Origin: Candidatus Fraserbacteria bacterium
GTDB taxonomy: Bacteria > Bipolaricaulota > Bipolaricaulia > RBG-16-55-9 > DRXL01
Assembly (NCBI GenBank): GCA_947085185.1
Contig: CAMTVK010000007.1
Span: 64,001-128,000 of the forward strand
Length of the DNA stretch: 64,000 nucleotides
Reading direction: 5' to 3'
The notes under the pieces were generated by a model. That model was not told the origin of the DNA, did not search any database, and saw nothing but the letters and a program-made list of their open reading frames with translations. The stretch's first letter is position 1. The number at the start of each line of letters is the position of its first letter. This document shows positions 50,068 through 59,283 of the stretch, one piece after another. The position numbers and the translations under genes are program-made.

Positions 50068-52221
50068 GTGAGCAAGAGTTCAGTTGTTTTGAGCATAGTC
50101 CTTGTCCTAGGGGCAATGGCGAGCGTAGTAGTAGTGGGGGTGGCCTCCACGTCAGGTAATCCCGAGACGATGGTCTTGAGGGACTTCTCCGGGGCGGTGG
50201 AGCCGGTGGCCCGTCCGGGCCAGACGTTCGTCGTCGCTGGGGCTATCAGAGTGTTCGATCCAGGGGATGACGGAGCGCCTACAGCGATCGAGACGATCTC
50301 CCTCTGCTTAGCGCCAACAAGCACCCTGAGCAGTCGATATATCAGTGGGCTGCGGCTCTACGTTGATGAAGGGTTCAATGGCTTTTTCGATCGGCGCGAG
50401 AGCACACTCTTAGGTTCGGTGGTGCGGCCCAAGCTCGATGACTGTGAGAACCCCGTCACGTTCGGGCGACCGGGGAATCTATTTGTGCTCGTGCCTGATC
50501 GTGGGGCGAAGCTCTTCTTCGTCGTCGTTGATATCGCTTCCGATGCGCCTGATGGCGCAAGCCTTGTGCTGAGCTTCGACGCGGAAGCGTCCGATGGGCT
50601 GCGCGGCGGCCCGGCGATCAGCTCTGGCTTCAGTGCTGATCAAGGCCCGCCAGTATTTACTGATACTATAACAATTCGTGCCACAGGCGGCGACGCCGAA
50701 GCCGACGTCGTCGACGAGACCCCAGCTCTCACAACTCGCCCCGGCACGAGCGTTGTCGTCCAGCAGTTTGTCATCGCTGATCCCGGCTCTGACGGTGATA
50801 CCGAAGATGACGACTTAGCGACTCTCGTGCGCAGCATCACCGTGCAAGCCGTACGCGAAGAGACGACGATAGATCTCTCGCCGGGTGTGGGGCTGATTCA
50901 GAGAGTCAGATTATTCCGGGAGAGCGGGCGCACCGGCCCGGGCTGGCAAGAGGGCGACGAACTTTTAGGAGAAGTCGTGCGGCCCGACTTGGCTGCCGGG
51001 GTGACGTTTGGCAGCGGCGGCCGGAGATTGCTCCGAGTAGGACGGAACAACATCTTCGGCACGGGCGGCGTAGAGCGGCTCTATGTCGTCGTGGATTTGG
51101 CTTCCGGCGGCTTTGCCCACGCTCCTACAGAGAATCTCTTGCGCACGCAGATCACCGTTGTGGCCAGCGACGACAGCTCCGAAGACGGCGAAGAGTCTTC
51201 AGGGATCGAGACCCCTATGCCCGTGATAGCCAATAACGCTATTCAGATTGTGACAGTCAACCCCGGCGGCACGGCGGGGAGTGCTCGAGTCGTCCTGGGA
51301 GACGTGAGCCTGCTACGTGCTGGCAAGGCCGTGATGCGTGTGGAGGGCGTGCCCTTGCCCGGCCTAGCGAGCGTAATGGGCATGGTTAGTTTCGATCCCG
51401 ATATCATTCAGGTAGCCGCGACGAAGCAGGGGGGCTATCGTGTGCGCGGCCTGGGCAATTATCGCGTAGATTTTCTCGATGTGAACAACGAAGGCGGCAC
51501 GATAGAGTTTCTCTTGACTCTCAAGGGGGGGCGCAAGCCCTTGATCGGCGACGGCAGTGTCATGGAGATCGAGTTCGTCTCTGTGGAGGATATAAACCCG
51601 GGAGATGAGTCATATCTTAATGTTGAGATTGAAGACGCGCGGGACGCTCGCGGGGGTGAGCTGGTCTTCGACGAGGTGAGCGGCAGGGTGCGCATTCAGC
51701 TCATCATGGGCGACGTGGACGGCAACGGAGTTGTGACCCGCCGCGATGCCAGGCTGCTGGCGCGCTGGCTCCTGGGCCGTGCCGTGCTTACTCCCCTTCA
51801 AAAGAAAGTCGCCGACGTTGATCACTCCTGTCCGCCTGGCACCGACTGGGCGGCGCTCGCTCCGGGTGGCTGCGTGAACGAGACCGACGTGCGCTGGATC
51901 AAAGAAGCCGCGGCCGGCCTGCGCACCCTCAGCTCGAGTGCGAACTTACAGGCGCTCGGTCGCGGGCTGACGGTCTTGACGCTGCCGTCGGGCGGTCTGG
52001 AGTTCCGAGCCCTGAATGCTGAGCGTCTGAGCGTGCAGGTCTTCGGTCTATCGGGGAGCTTGGTCTTCAATGCCGAGACTACGACCGGAACCCTGCGCTT
52101 CGAGGGCGTCTCCAACAAGGGCGCTCGTCTTGCCAAGGGCGTCTATCTGTACGTGGTGACGCTCTACGGGCGCGACGGAGCCGTGTGGCGCAGTGAAGTG
52201 AGAAAGCTCGTAGTGCGATAG
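50068..52221 (+). CDS. Paralogue of 46802..48886: repeat domains + cohesin-like + dockerin + T9SS-like CTD
   Basis: Shared PTAIET, LRLY.D, TGDAE/GGDAE..V.DETPA, SS.IETPMPV motifs; GDVDGNGVVTRRDA; LAKGVYLY...RKLVVR. Confidence 0.85.
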   Translation: MSKSSVVLSIVLVLGAMASVVVVGVASTSGNPETMVLRDFSGAVEPVARPGQTFVVAGAIRVFDPGDDGAPTAIETISLCLAPTSTLSSRYISGLRLYVDEGFNGFFDRRESTLLGSVVRPKLDDCENPVTFGRPGNLFVLVPDRGAKLFFVVVDIASDAPDGASLVLSFDAEASDGLRGGPAISSGFSADQGPPVFTDTITIRATGGDAEADVVDETPALTTRPGTSVVVQQFVIADPGSDGDTEDDDLATLVRSITVQAVREETTIDLSPGVGLIQRVRLFRESGRTGPGWQEGDELLGEVVRPDLAAGVTFGSGGRRLLRVGRNNIFGTGGVERLYVVVDLASGGFAHAPTENLLRTQITVVASDDSSEDGEESSGIETPMPVIANNAIQIVTVNPGGTAGSARVVLGDVSLLRAGKAVMRVEGVPLPGLASVMGMVSFDPDIIQVAATKQGGYRVRGLGNYRVDFLDVNNEGGTIEFLLTLKGGRKPLIGDGSVMEIEFVSVEDINPGDESYLNVEIEDARDARGGELVFDEVSGRVRIQLIMGDVDGNGVVTRRDARLLARWLLGRAVLTPLQKKVADVDHSCPPGTDWAALAPGGCVNETDVRWIKEAAAGLRTLSSSANLQALGRGLTVLTLPSGGLEFRALNAERLSVQVFGLSGSLVFNAETTTGTLRFEGVSNKGARLAKGVYLYVVTLYGRDGAVWRSEVRKLVVR

Positions 52222-52340
52222 AACCACGGAAGGCACGGAAGTGTCCCACGGAGGGCACGGAAGAACGGCGCTTCCGTGCTTTCCGTGGCCTTTCTGTGTG
52301 CTCCGTGGTTCCAAGCTTGCACGGCTAGGGAGCACCCGCG
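52153..52340 (+). repeat. Direct repeat copy 1 (3' end of CTD gene + REP-like family A element)
   Basis: Near-identical to 54117..54303. Confidence 0.9.
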
Positions 52341-52457
52341 GGGGCGTGTTTTAAAGTCGTACGCAGGGCAATGTAAAGCCCCACCATAAAATCTTCAGTG
52401 AGCTTAGCAGGAACGCTTGAAAGATTCAAACGGCCGAGGGTCTCGCGCACGCCGCGA

Positions 52458-52610
52458 GGCCCTTGGGGAATGTACAGCGTTTGACGAGGCTGTCACTCGA
52501 GCAGTATAATGCTCCAGTGCGCGTTGCCAGCGCTCAGATGAAGAAGAGCAAGAGAAGCCAGCGAATAGTCTACCTCCGCAGCAGCAGAATAGCACCCTTG
52601 AGCTCATGGT
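52458..52610 (+). pseudogene. Collapsed BrnT/BrnA locus retaining its promoter
   Basis: 52458-52531 matches 54367-54440 (TTGACG-N18-TATAAT and brnT start), then jumps to the brnT end/brnA start and then to the sequence after brnA (cccttgagct). Confidence 0.75.
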
Positions 52611-52622
52611 GGAGGGAGAGTC

Positions 52623-52982
52623 ATGCCCAAGGTGACTGTAAGAGGACAGATTCTGTGCCCGGCTCCTATCTTGACGGTCCTGCTGGTCCGGGATGGGGAG
52701 CGGTTCATGGCCAAATGCGTCGAGCTGGATTTGGTCACGGAGATGGACACCCCCCAAGAAGCCTTGCAAGCTATGGTGGAGATGATCCGGGAGTATGCGG
52801 AGGATTATCGCGCCCGCGAGAGCCTGTTTTTGGCCAGCCCCAACCGAGCTCATCATAAGCCCTATGTTGATCGCATCCTAGCCTGCCAAGACGAATGGGA
52901 GCTGTGGGAGCTCCTTGAGGTGCGGCATGGCCGTTTACACCTACCGGCAAGTGCGAAGCGTGCTCCGAAAGCTCGGCTTTAA
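52623..52982 (+). CDS. HicB-like antitoxin
   Basis: FMAKCVELDLVTEMDTPQEALQAMVEMI partial RNase H fold; precedes HicA-like gene. Confidence 0.75.
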   Translation: MPKVTVRGQILCPAPILTVLLVRDGERFMAKCVELDLVTEMDTPQEALQAMVEMIREYAEDYRARESLFLASPNRAHHKPYVDRILACQDEWELWELLEVRHGRLHLPASAKRAPKARL

Positions 52983-53151
52983 GCTGGTGCGCAGTCGCAA
53001 GCACGAGACATGGGAGAAGGTGTTGGAAGATGGCAGTGTGCTGCAAGTGCGGCTTAGTCACAGAGGCGGGCGGGATGTTCCACCAGGAACCTTTGCTGAG
53101 ATGCTGCGGCAAATGGGAATTAGTCGTGAAACCTTCGAGGGATTGGTGTAA
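52927..53151 (+). CDS. HicA-family toxin
   Basis: VRSVLRKLGF..VRSRKHETW...SH...DVPPGTFAEMLRQMGIS. Confidence 0.85.
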   Translation: MAVYTYRQVRSVLRKLGFKLVRSRKHETWEKVLEDGSVLQVRLSHRGGRDVPPGTFAEMLRQMGISRETFEGLV

Positions 53152-53235
53152 GTCAGAGTACCATCGGTGAAAAGCTCCCTCGCTAACCTTTCTGCGTAGG
53201 GAGCATCCTTATCTACTTCGGAGGTGACTGAACAT

Positions 53236-53340
53236 ATGACTTCCGCTATCTGGTTTTTGGTGGCGATCGCGGCGGCAGCAATAGCGATTGGGCTCTTCAC
53301 GTTCGTGCTCGGACGCACGCCTCAGGCACCGCAAAAGTAG
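53236..53340 (+). CDS. 34-aa single-TM peptide
   Basis: RBS GGAGGTGA; MTSAIWFLVAIAAAAIAIGLFTFVLGRTPQAPQK. Confidence 0.55.
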   Translation: MTSAIWFLVAIAAAAIAIGLFTFVLGRTPQAPQK

Positions 53341-53515
53341 ATAGTAGAGCCACTGCGCCGCCCGCCGCCCGTTGTACCCCTCCTCTCTGAGCACTCTGCC
53401 ACAGTCGTGCCCCTGAGAGGATGCCCGCTTTCTTGAGCCATTGCCACACCGCGCAGGGACCATTCGAGCTTGACCAGCGCGCATGTGGAAGGGTAGAATA
53501 ACAAGGTGATGGCGC

Positions 53516-54079
53516 ATGACCTCCAAAGCCCAGATTAAATTCACTTATGAAGACTACAAGAGCCTGCCCTACGTGGAGCGCCAGCGCTATGAGCTGCTCG
53601 AAGGAGAATTGATCCCTATGACGCCATCGCCGGGGGAATCCCATCAGCGCACCTTGGCCAATGTGGGGTTTTACTTGCAGATGTTCGTCCGGCACCACCG
53701 GCTCGGCTCTCTCTATTATGCCCCCTTGGACGTGGTGCTGGGGGAGCCTGGGGAGGAGCAGGTCGTCCAGCCCGACATTCTCTTTGTGGCCAAAGGGCGG
53801 CGCCGTATCATCCGCGAGGAGGAGATTCGCGGGGCGCCGGATTTGGTGGTGGAGGTGCTCTCGGCTTCTACAGAGGAGCGGGATCGGGTCTTCAAGCGGC
53901 GCCTCTACGCCAAGTACGGCGTGAGAGAGTATTGGATCGTTGACCCTGAGGCCAAGACCATTGAGGTTTTGACGTTCAGGGCGCGGGGGTACGAGCGGGC
54001 GGGGCTCTACACCAAGGGCGAGATTCTCCAATCGCCGCTCTTGGCGGGGTTGCAGATTCCCCTCGACGAGGTCTTTTGA
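53516..54079 (+). CDS. Uma2-family (DUF820) endonuclease
   Basis: TYEDY...RYELLEGEL, HQR, VQPDILF, APDLVVEVLS, K..LYA..GV.EYWIVDP. Confidence 0.93.
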   Translation: MTSKAQIKFTYEDYKSLPYVERQRYELLEGELIPMTPSPGESHQRTLANVGFYLQMFVRHHRLGSLYYAPLDVVLGEPGEEQVVQPDILFVAKGRRRIIREEEIRGAPDLVVEVLSASTEERDRVFKRRLYAKYGVREYWIVDPEAKTIEVLTFRARGYERAGLYTKGEILQSPLLAGLQIPLDEVF

Positions 54080-54116
54080 ATCACGGAAGGCACGGGATCG
54101 CGCGGAGAGCACGGAA

Positions 54117-54303
54117 GTGGTGACGCTCTACGGGCGCGACGGGGCTGCGTGGCGCAGTGAAGTGAGAAAGCTCGTGGTGCGATAGAATCACGGGAGGCGC
54201 GGAAGTGTCCCACGGAGGGCACGGAAGAACGGTGCTTCCGTGCTTTCCGTGGCCTTTCTGTGTGCTCCGTGGTTCTAGCTTGCACGGCTAGGGAGCACCC
54301 GCG
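54117..54303 (+). repeat. Direct repeat copy 2 (orphan 3' end of CTD gene + REP-like element)
   Basis: Encodes VTLYGRDGAAWRSEVRKLVVR* without upstream gene; near-identical to 52153..52340. Confidence 0.9.
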
Positions 54304-54425
54304 TGATCGCTGGTATTGACGATCCCGAGCGCCCTTGAGGAGCCGAGGGGGTCTCGCAGGTACGCGGGCCCTTGGGGAATGTACAGCGTTTGACGAGGCT
54401 GTCACTCGAGCAGTATAATGCTCCA

Positions 54426-54688
54426 GTGCGCGTTGCCAGCTTTGAGTGGGATCGTGCTAATATCGCTCTCGGCACCAGGTTCAAGCCCAAGAAGTCGAGG
54501 AAGTCTTCTATGGCAATCTCCGCGTGTTTAAAGGACGTCACCGAAGATTTCTGGCCTATGGGCAGAGTTTCTCCGGAAGATATCTCTTTGTAGTCTTCGA
54601 GCAGCGAGGCCGGGGGAGGATTCGTGTGATCACGGCGCGAGAGATGAGCGCAAAAGAGAAGCGACGCTTCCGACGATGGCTCAGATGA
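54426..54688 (+). pseudogene. BrnT toxin, frameshifted
   Basis: GTG-RVASFEWDRANIA then frameshift to RHQVQAQEVEEVF...GRYLFVVF...IRVITAREMSAKEKRRF. Confidence 0.8.
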
Positions 54689-55005
54689 AGAAGAGCAAGA
54701 GCAGCCAGCGAATAGTCTACCTCCGCTCGGTGGAGGAGATCCCGGAGTTTGAGAGCCTCGAAGAAGAGGCGGCGTTTTGGGATACTCATAGCCCGGTCGA
54801 GATTCTGGATCAGTTGGAGCCGGTCAAGCTGGAGTTGACCAGCGCGCTGCGACGGAAGTTGGAGGAGCGTTATCAAGAGCGGCTGCTTTCCGTATGGCTG
54901 AAGCCGCACCAGATTAAACGGCTCAAGGAGATCGCCAAAGAGCAAGGGATTGATTGCTTCACGTTAGTGAAGCGATGGATTGAAGCGGGGATAGAGACTC
55001 AGTAG
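54685..55005 (+). CDS. BrnA/CopG-like antitoxin
   Basis: IPEFESLEEEAAFWDTH...RLKEIAKEQGI...LVKRWI; ATGA overlap with brnT. Confidence 0.85.
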   Translation: MKKSKSSQRIVYLRSVEEIPEFESLEEEAAFWDTHSPVEILDQLEPVKLELTSALRRKLEERYQERLLSVWLKPHQIKRLKEIAKEQGIDCFTLVKRWIEAGIETQ

Positions 55006-55186
55006 CCCTTGAGCTGATGTTCGCTGTGTTCATTGCTTTTTCGGCGATTAGCAGACACGCTTGAAAGATTCAAACGGCCGAGGGTCTCGCGCACGCCGCA
55101 GGGCTCCCGGATGGTTTTGGGGAAGTGTTGTAGGCATTTGCTCGTTCGTGATGCTCATGCTATAGTAAGGTGTTAGTGAAAAAGCC

Positions 55187-55447
55187 ATGATCACGCGTCA
55201 AGAACTGGCCCAGAAGGTGATTGATTATCTGCAGCATCGTATGGCGCTGGTCGAACTGGTGGACTGGGCCGAGAGGGCGCTGATGGAGAGCGATCTTGAC
55301 GAGCGCGATCTTGACGTTCTGCGTGAGGCTCTGGCGCGCCTGGGCCTAGCCGACGTCAAGGCGTTTGGCTTGAGCTGGGAAGAGTGCGAGCAGCTTCTGG
55401 CGCGCTTGGGGTACCGTATCCACGTAGAGGTCTCACCAGTGCCCTAA
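55187..55447 (+). CDS. Small hypothetical protein (TA-islet associated)
   Basis: Compact 86-aa helical ORF with upstream TATAGT -10. Confidence 0.65.
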   Translation: MITRQELAQKVIDYLQHRMALVELVDWAERALMESDLDERDLDVLREALARLGLADVKAFGLSWEECEQLLARLGYRIHVEVSPVP

Positions 55448-55587
55448 TCCCTAGCGGCGCAGCCGAGGGTCTCACGCACGCCGCAGGGCTCCTTGTGTAA
55501 CATAGATTACAGACACCTGACCCCAAGCGAGATATCATAGCTCCATAGGAAGGTTGGCGAATCCCTAGGGCGTTCAGCACAGGGGTC

Positions 55588-55617
55588 TTGACTTATGGAC
55601 GGAGAAAGTGCTAAGAT
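55588..55617 (+). promoter_or_regulatory. sigma70-type promoter for first RTX-repeat gene
   Basis: TTGACT...TAAGAT with canonical-like spacing. Confidence 0.5.
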
Positions 55618-55746
55618 AACGGACGTCAAAAATACTCTCTTCGCTGCAAAAGGAGGTGTCGGCGCGCGTACAGAATATCGGAGTCACAGTCGTTCAGGCA
55701 GGCGGAAGTCGTTCAACCTAAAAGCTTCACAAAAAAGGAGGATGCG

Positions 55747-56619
55747 ATGAAGCTCAAGAACATTGCAGTCATCGGGTTGGTGTTGGTTGGCGCAGTCGGA
55801 GCGGTCATCAGCTTTATGGTCTTGGCGGCGATCATCAACGGCGGGCCGGGTGACGATACGTTGACGGACACGGGGGGTAACGACGTCATTCGCGGCTTTG
55901 CGGGCGATGACGACATCACCGTGACTGGCGGGAACGATCGTGTGGACGCTGGCGATGACGACGATCAGATCGAGATTCAGGCCGGTGCCGGACGCGTTTA
56001 CGTCGTCGGTGGCGAGGGCAATGACGTCATTGACGCTCAAGGTGGCGCAAACCATCGGATCTTCGGCAACGACGGGGATGACAACATTCTCATTGGGAGC
56101 GCCGTCTCCGGTGCCCGCGTGGATGCTGGCGATGGCGACGATGTCATTGATCTTACCGAAGTGGGCACTGCTGCCGGTGTCACGGCGAATGTCGTGGTCT
56201 ACGGCGGCAACGGCGACGACGAGATCGAAGCGATCGGCTGTGGTACTACTATCGCCTGTAATCTCAAGATTTACGGCGGCCCTGGTGTGGACAACATCAC
56301 GCTCGGCACTGGCCGCTCTTTTGTCGAGCCGGGCGAGGACGCCGACGTGGTCGTGGCTGGTACTGACCCAGATAGCCGTGACATCATCAACATCCGTGTC
56401 GGCGACGTGCCCGCAGGGGAGACTGAGAAAATCACCTGCGCGCAAGAATCTGATGCGGAGACAACCGTGATCCTCAAGCGCAACTCCTTAGGGTTTTTCC
56501 CTCGGGGAACGCCGACGCAGTTTGACACCAGCGGCGTCTTGACGATCATTGACCCACTTACAGGGGGAATCTACGAAATACGGCAAGGAGATGGCATCTG
56601 TCGGGTCGTGCGACGATAG
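55747..56619 (+). CDS. Signal-peptide hemolysin-type Ca-binding (RTX) repeat protein 1
   Basis: Hydrophobic N-terminus, GGxGxDx repeats, C-terminal GDV..E.I.C...DP.TGG.Y.I..G.G.C domain. Confidence 0.85.
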   Translation: MKLKNIAVIGLVLVGAVGAVISFMVLAAIINGGPGDDTLTDTGGNDVIRGFAGDDDITVTGGNDRVDAGDDDDQIEIQAGAGRVYVVGGEGNDVIDAQGGANHRIFGNDGDDNILIGSAVSGARVDAGDGDDVIDLTEVGTAAGVTANVVVYGGNGDDEIEAIGCGTTIACNLKIYGGPGVDNITLGTGRSFVEPGEDADVVVAGTDPDSRDIINIRVGDVPAGETEKITCAQESDAETTVILKRNSLGFFPRGTPTQFDTSGVLTIIDPLTGGIYEIRQGDGICRVVRR

Positions 56620-56767
56620 TCGTTAGCTGTGGGGCACATTGGTATGTGATCTATTTTGTTGGATATGCCAATGTGCCACACGTGCTTTTATGATGAAGGG
56701 GAGGTGATCGTCGTTAATATTGCTGGGGTTTACATCAGGGTCAACCACAAAAAAGGAGGTTTTACCA

Positions 56768-57766
56768 ATGAAGCGAAGCAAATGGCAGGTCTTAGGAAGT
56801 TTGGCGGCCGCAGTAACTTGTTTGGTCGGGCTTGTTGCGCTGGCAGCGGTCATCATTGGCACGCCAAATGATGACGTGATTGTTGGCACTCCTTCAGGAG
56901 ATCTGATCAAAGGCTTGGAAGGGAACGACGATATCTCCGGTGGGTTCGGAAACGACCGAATTGAAGGCGGCCCAGGTGATGACACCATAGACGGTGAAGA
57001 AGGATCTGACCGAATCTCTGGTGATTCCGGGAACGACACTTTGACAGGAGGGGACGGCAGCGATCTCATTGATGGTGGCAGCGATGACGATAGTATTGAT
57101 GGTGGCGATGGAAACGATCGGCTCTTAGGTGGCTCAGATGGTGATGTTATCATAGCTGGTAGTGGTAATGATCGCCTCGAGGGGGGTACCGGCAACGATG
57201 GGCTCAATGGTGGACCGGGCAACGATCTCCTCAATGGAGGAGAGGGTGATGAAGATGCTCTTGCTGGCGGCATCGTTGGCGGCGACGGCAACGATCGGCT
57301 GATCGGTGGGTCAGGTGATGACAATCTAGGTGATACCAACGGAGACTGTACGGACGACGAAGAACCGGGCAACGATCGGCTGGAAGGCGGCGAAGGCGAC
57401 GATGTGCTCTGTGGAGGCAGCGGCAACGATCTGCTGGTGGGCGGGCCGGGCGCTGACGACAATGGGGGCATCACTCCCATTACTGGAGGCTTCGCCGATG
57501 CTCTACCTGAAACCGACACATACTGGATCCGTCAAGGAGACGTGCCGGAGTTAGAAGTAGAGACCTATCTTTGCACTACTGAAGCAGGTGATACCGGGAT
57601 CATCATCTTCTTTGGGCGGCAGTTCAACTTCCCGCCGGGCGTCATTGTGCCCGGGCAGCTCTTCGACAACGCTCCAGGTCCCGATCTCGTCGTTACTGAT
57701 CCTTCGACTTTCGGGATGTACGAGATAGACGCAGGCCCCGGGACGTGCTTAATCAGGAAGCGCTAA
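56768..57766 (+). CDS. Signal-peptide RTX repeat protein 2
   Basis: RBS AAGGAGG; long run of GGxGNDxL nonapeptides; same C-terminal domain. Confidence 0.88.
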   Translation: MKRSKWQVLGSLAAAVTCLVGLVALAAVIIGTPNDDVIVGTPSGDLIKGLEGNDDISGGFGNDRIEGGPGDDTIDGEEGSDRISGDSGNDTLTGGDGSDLIDGGSDDDSIDGGDGNDRLLGGSDGDVIIAGSGNDRLEGGTGNDGLNGGPGNDLLNGGEGDEDALAGGIVGGDGNDRLIGGSGDDNLGDTNGDCTDDEEPGNDRLEGGEGDDVLCGGSGNDLLVGGPGADDNGGITPITGGFADALPETDTYWIRQGDVPELEVETYLCTTEAGDTGIIIFFGRQFNFPPGVIVPGQLFDNAPGPDLVVTDPSTFGMYEIDAGPGTCLIRKR

Positions 57767-57872
57767 CTTCGGCAGTAGATTGAGCTGAGCAAAGATCGGA
57801 TAACACCGGGGGTCTCGCGGGTGCGGGGCCCCCGGAGTGGTTTTAAGACCGTACGAAGGGCCGCGAAAGCAC

Positions 57873-57980
57873 CTATGGATGCCGCGACTCGCGCCAGTCC
57901 TGGATGATCGTGGGGAGCGCTAGGATTAGAGCAACTAGCACAACTCCCCCCAGCAGGACGTAAAGGCCAAGATACTCCAT
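57873..57980 (-). CDS. 35-aa single-TM peptide
   Basis: MEYLGLYVLLGGVVLVALILALPTIIQDWRESRHP, starts 3 nt after the stop of 57984..58181. Confidence 0.55.
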   Translation of the reverse strand: MEYLGLYVLLGGVVLVALILALPTIIQDWRESRHP

Positions 57981-57983
57981 AAT

Positions 57984-58181
57984 TCATTCACTCCTCTTCT
58001 TGGGTCGAGTGAGCATGTAAGCCAGCCAGGCAAGGATACCGTAGGTCAAGATGCCGATTGTCCCCAGCGATAGCCGGAAGCCCTCTGGGCTCAAGATTTG
58101 TCCGAAGACTAACGCTCCCACCGCTATGTTCGCTGTATCCATCAGCTTTTCCGCGAAGAGTCGCCGTTGCTCTGGAGTCAT
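57984..58181 (-). CDS. Small two-TM hypothetical protein
   Basis: EKLMDTANIAVGALVFGQ...two hydrophobic segments. Confidence 0.65.
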   Translation of the reverse strand: MTPEQRRLFAEKLMDTANIAVGALVFGQILSPEGFRLSLGTIGILTYGILAWLAYMLTRPKKRSE

Positions 58182-58350
58182 AGACGCAATTAGCTTAGCA
58201 AGAGAGATTCAAGAATTCAAGGCGGTTGGGCGTGACGCGCGTCACCGACGCTGGGGGCCCTTGTCCCGTATAATAGTGCCATGAGCGATCCATGCGCTGC
58301 GCTGAGAAGCGCGGGCCGGCACAAGCTAACACTTTGGAAGGAGGCATGCG

Positions 58351-59250
58351 ATGACACAACGACAATTTTACCGAACGGCGATCGCAATCTTGGGGATCTC
58401 AGCGCTGGCAGCGCTGGGGATTGTCAGCTATCTGGTGCTGGCGCTGAACTTCACTTGCCCACCCGCTGGAACGAGCGGCACAACAGTCACCCTCTGCCAG
58501 GGAACAGATAGAAGCGATACAATTGTGTTCGCCTCCGGAATTTCTGCCAGTACCATCACAACCATCAATGGTGGAGGTGGCAGCGATCGCATCATTCTAG
58601 ACTCAAGGGGCACAACAACGCTCGCTATCGGTTCCAATCCGCAAGTCAATGGAGGAGATGGCAACGATAGTATCACGGTTGATTCTCGCGTGACCAATAA
58701 TATACAGATAAACGGTGGGGCAGGCAATGATGTGATTTTCGATGGCGGTGGCGGTACTGCAACGCTCCCGTTGAGAGGCGAGGCTGGCAACGATATCATC
58801 CGAGGGAATGGAGGAAACGACACGATTGAGGGGGGAGATGGCAACGATTTCCTGCTAGGTGGAACGGGCACTGACACAATCAATGGTGGACCAGGCAACG
58901 ATATAATTGACCCTGGCCCAGACGGGGATGGAACCACTTTCCCAGCGACAGCCACAGCCGGCCCCATAGATGGCGGCGGAGGCAATGATGTTTTTATTCT
59001 TCGGCGAGGAGATTCCGGTAATGTTCAAGAGAATATCATCTGCACGCGTAACTCGTCAGATCGCAGCGTGGTGAGATTGGTCGGTTACTCCAAAGACGAT
59101 CCAGCCTTAGCGGGGATCGCGCCTAGCGTGTTGCCGCCTGATCCGTCTCCGTTACCGACGATTCCTGGAGCGATTATTCGCGACGGTACAGGAAGCTTCA
59201 GGATCTTCGCTGGGCCGGGCCGTTGTTCGATTGTGGTCGGCACGCGTTAG
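58351..59250 (+). CDS. Signal-peptide RTX repeat protein 3
   Basis: Hydrophobic N-terminus, GGxGND repeats, GDS..E.I.C...G.F.I..GPG.C C-terminal domain. Confidence 0.85.
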   Translation: MTQRQFYRTAIAILGISALAALGIVSYLVLALNFTCPPAGTSGTTVTLCQGTDRSDTIVFASGISASTITTINGGGGSDRIILDSRGTTTLAIGSNPQVNGGDGNDSITVDSRVTNNIQINGGAGNDVIFDGGGGTATLPLRGEAGNDIIRGNGGNDTIEGGDGNDFLLGGTGTDTINGGPGNDIIDPGPDGDGTTFPATATAGPIDGGGGNDVFILRRGDSGNVQENIICTRNSSDRSVVRLVGYSKDDPALAGIAPSVLPPDPSPLPTIPGAIIRDGTGSFRIFAGPGRCSIVVGTR

Positions 59251-59283
59251 ATTTATAACGAAAGCTCTTGAAGGAGGTTCGCA

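Noticed and set aside
52400..58260. Integron or IS element
   Set aside because: No integrase or transposase, and I could not identify attC R-box pairs
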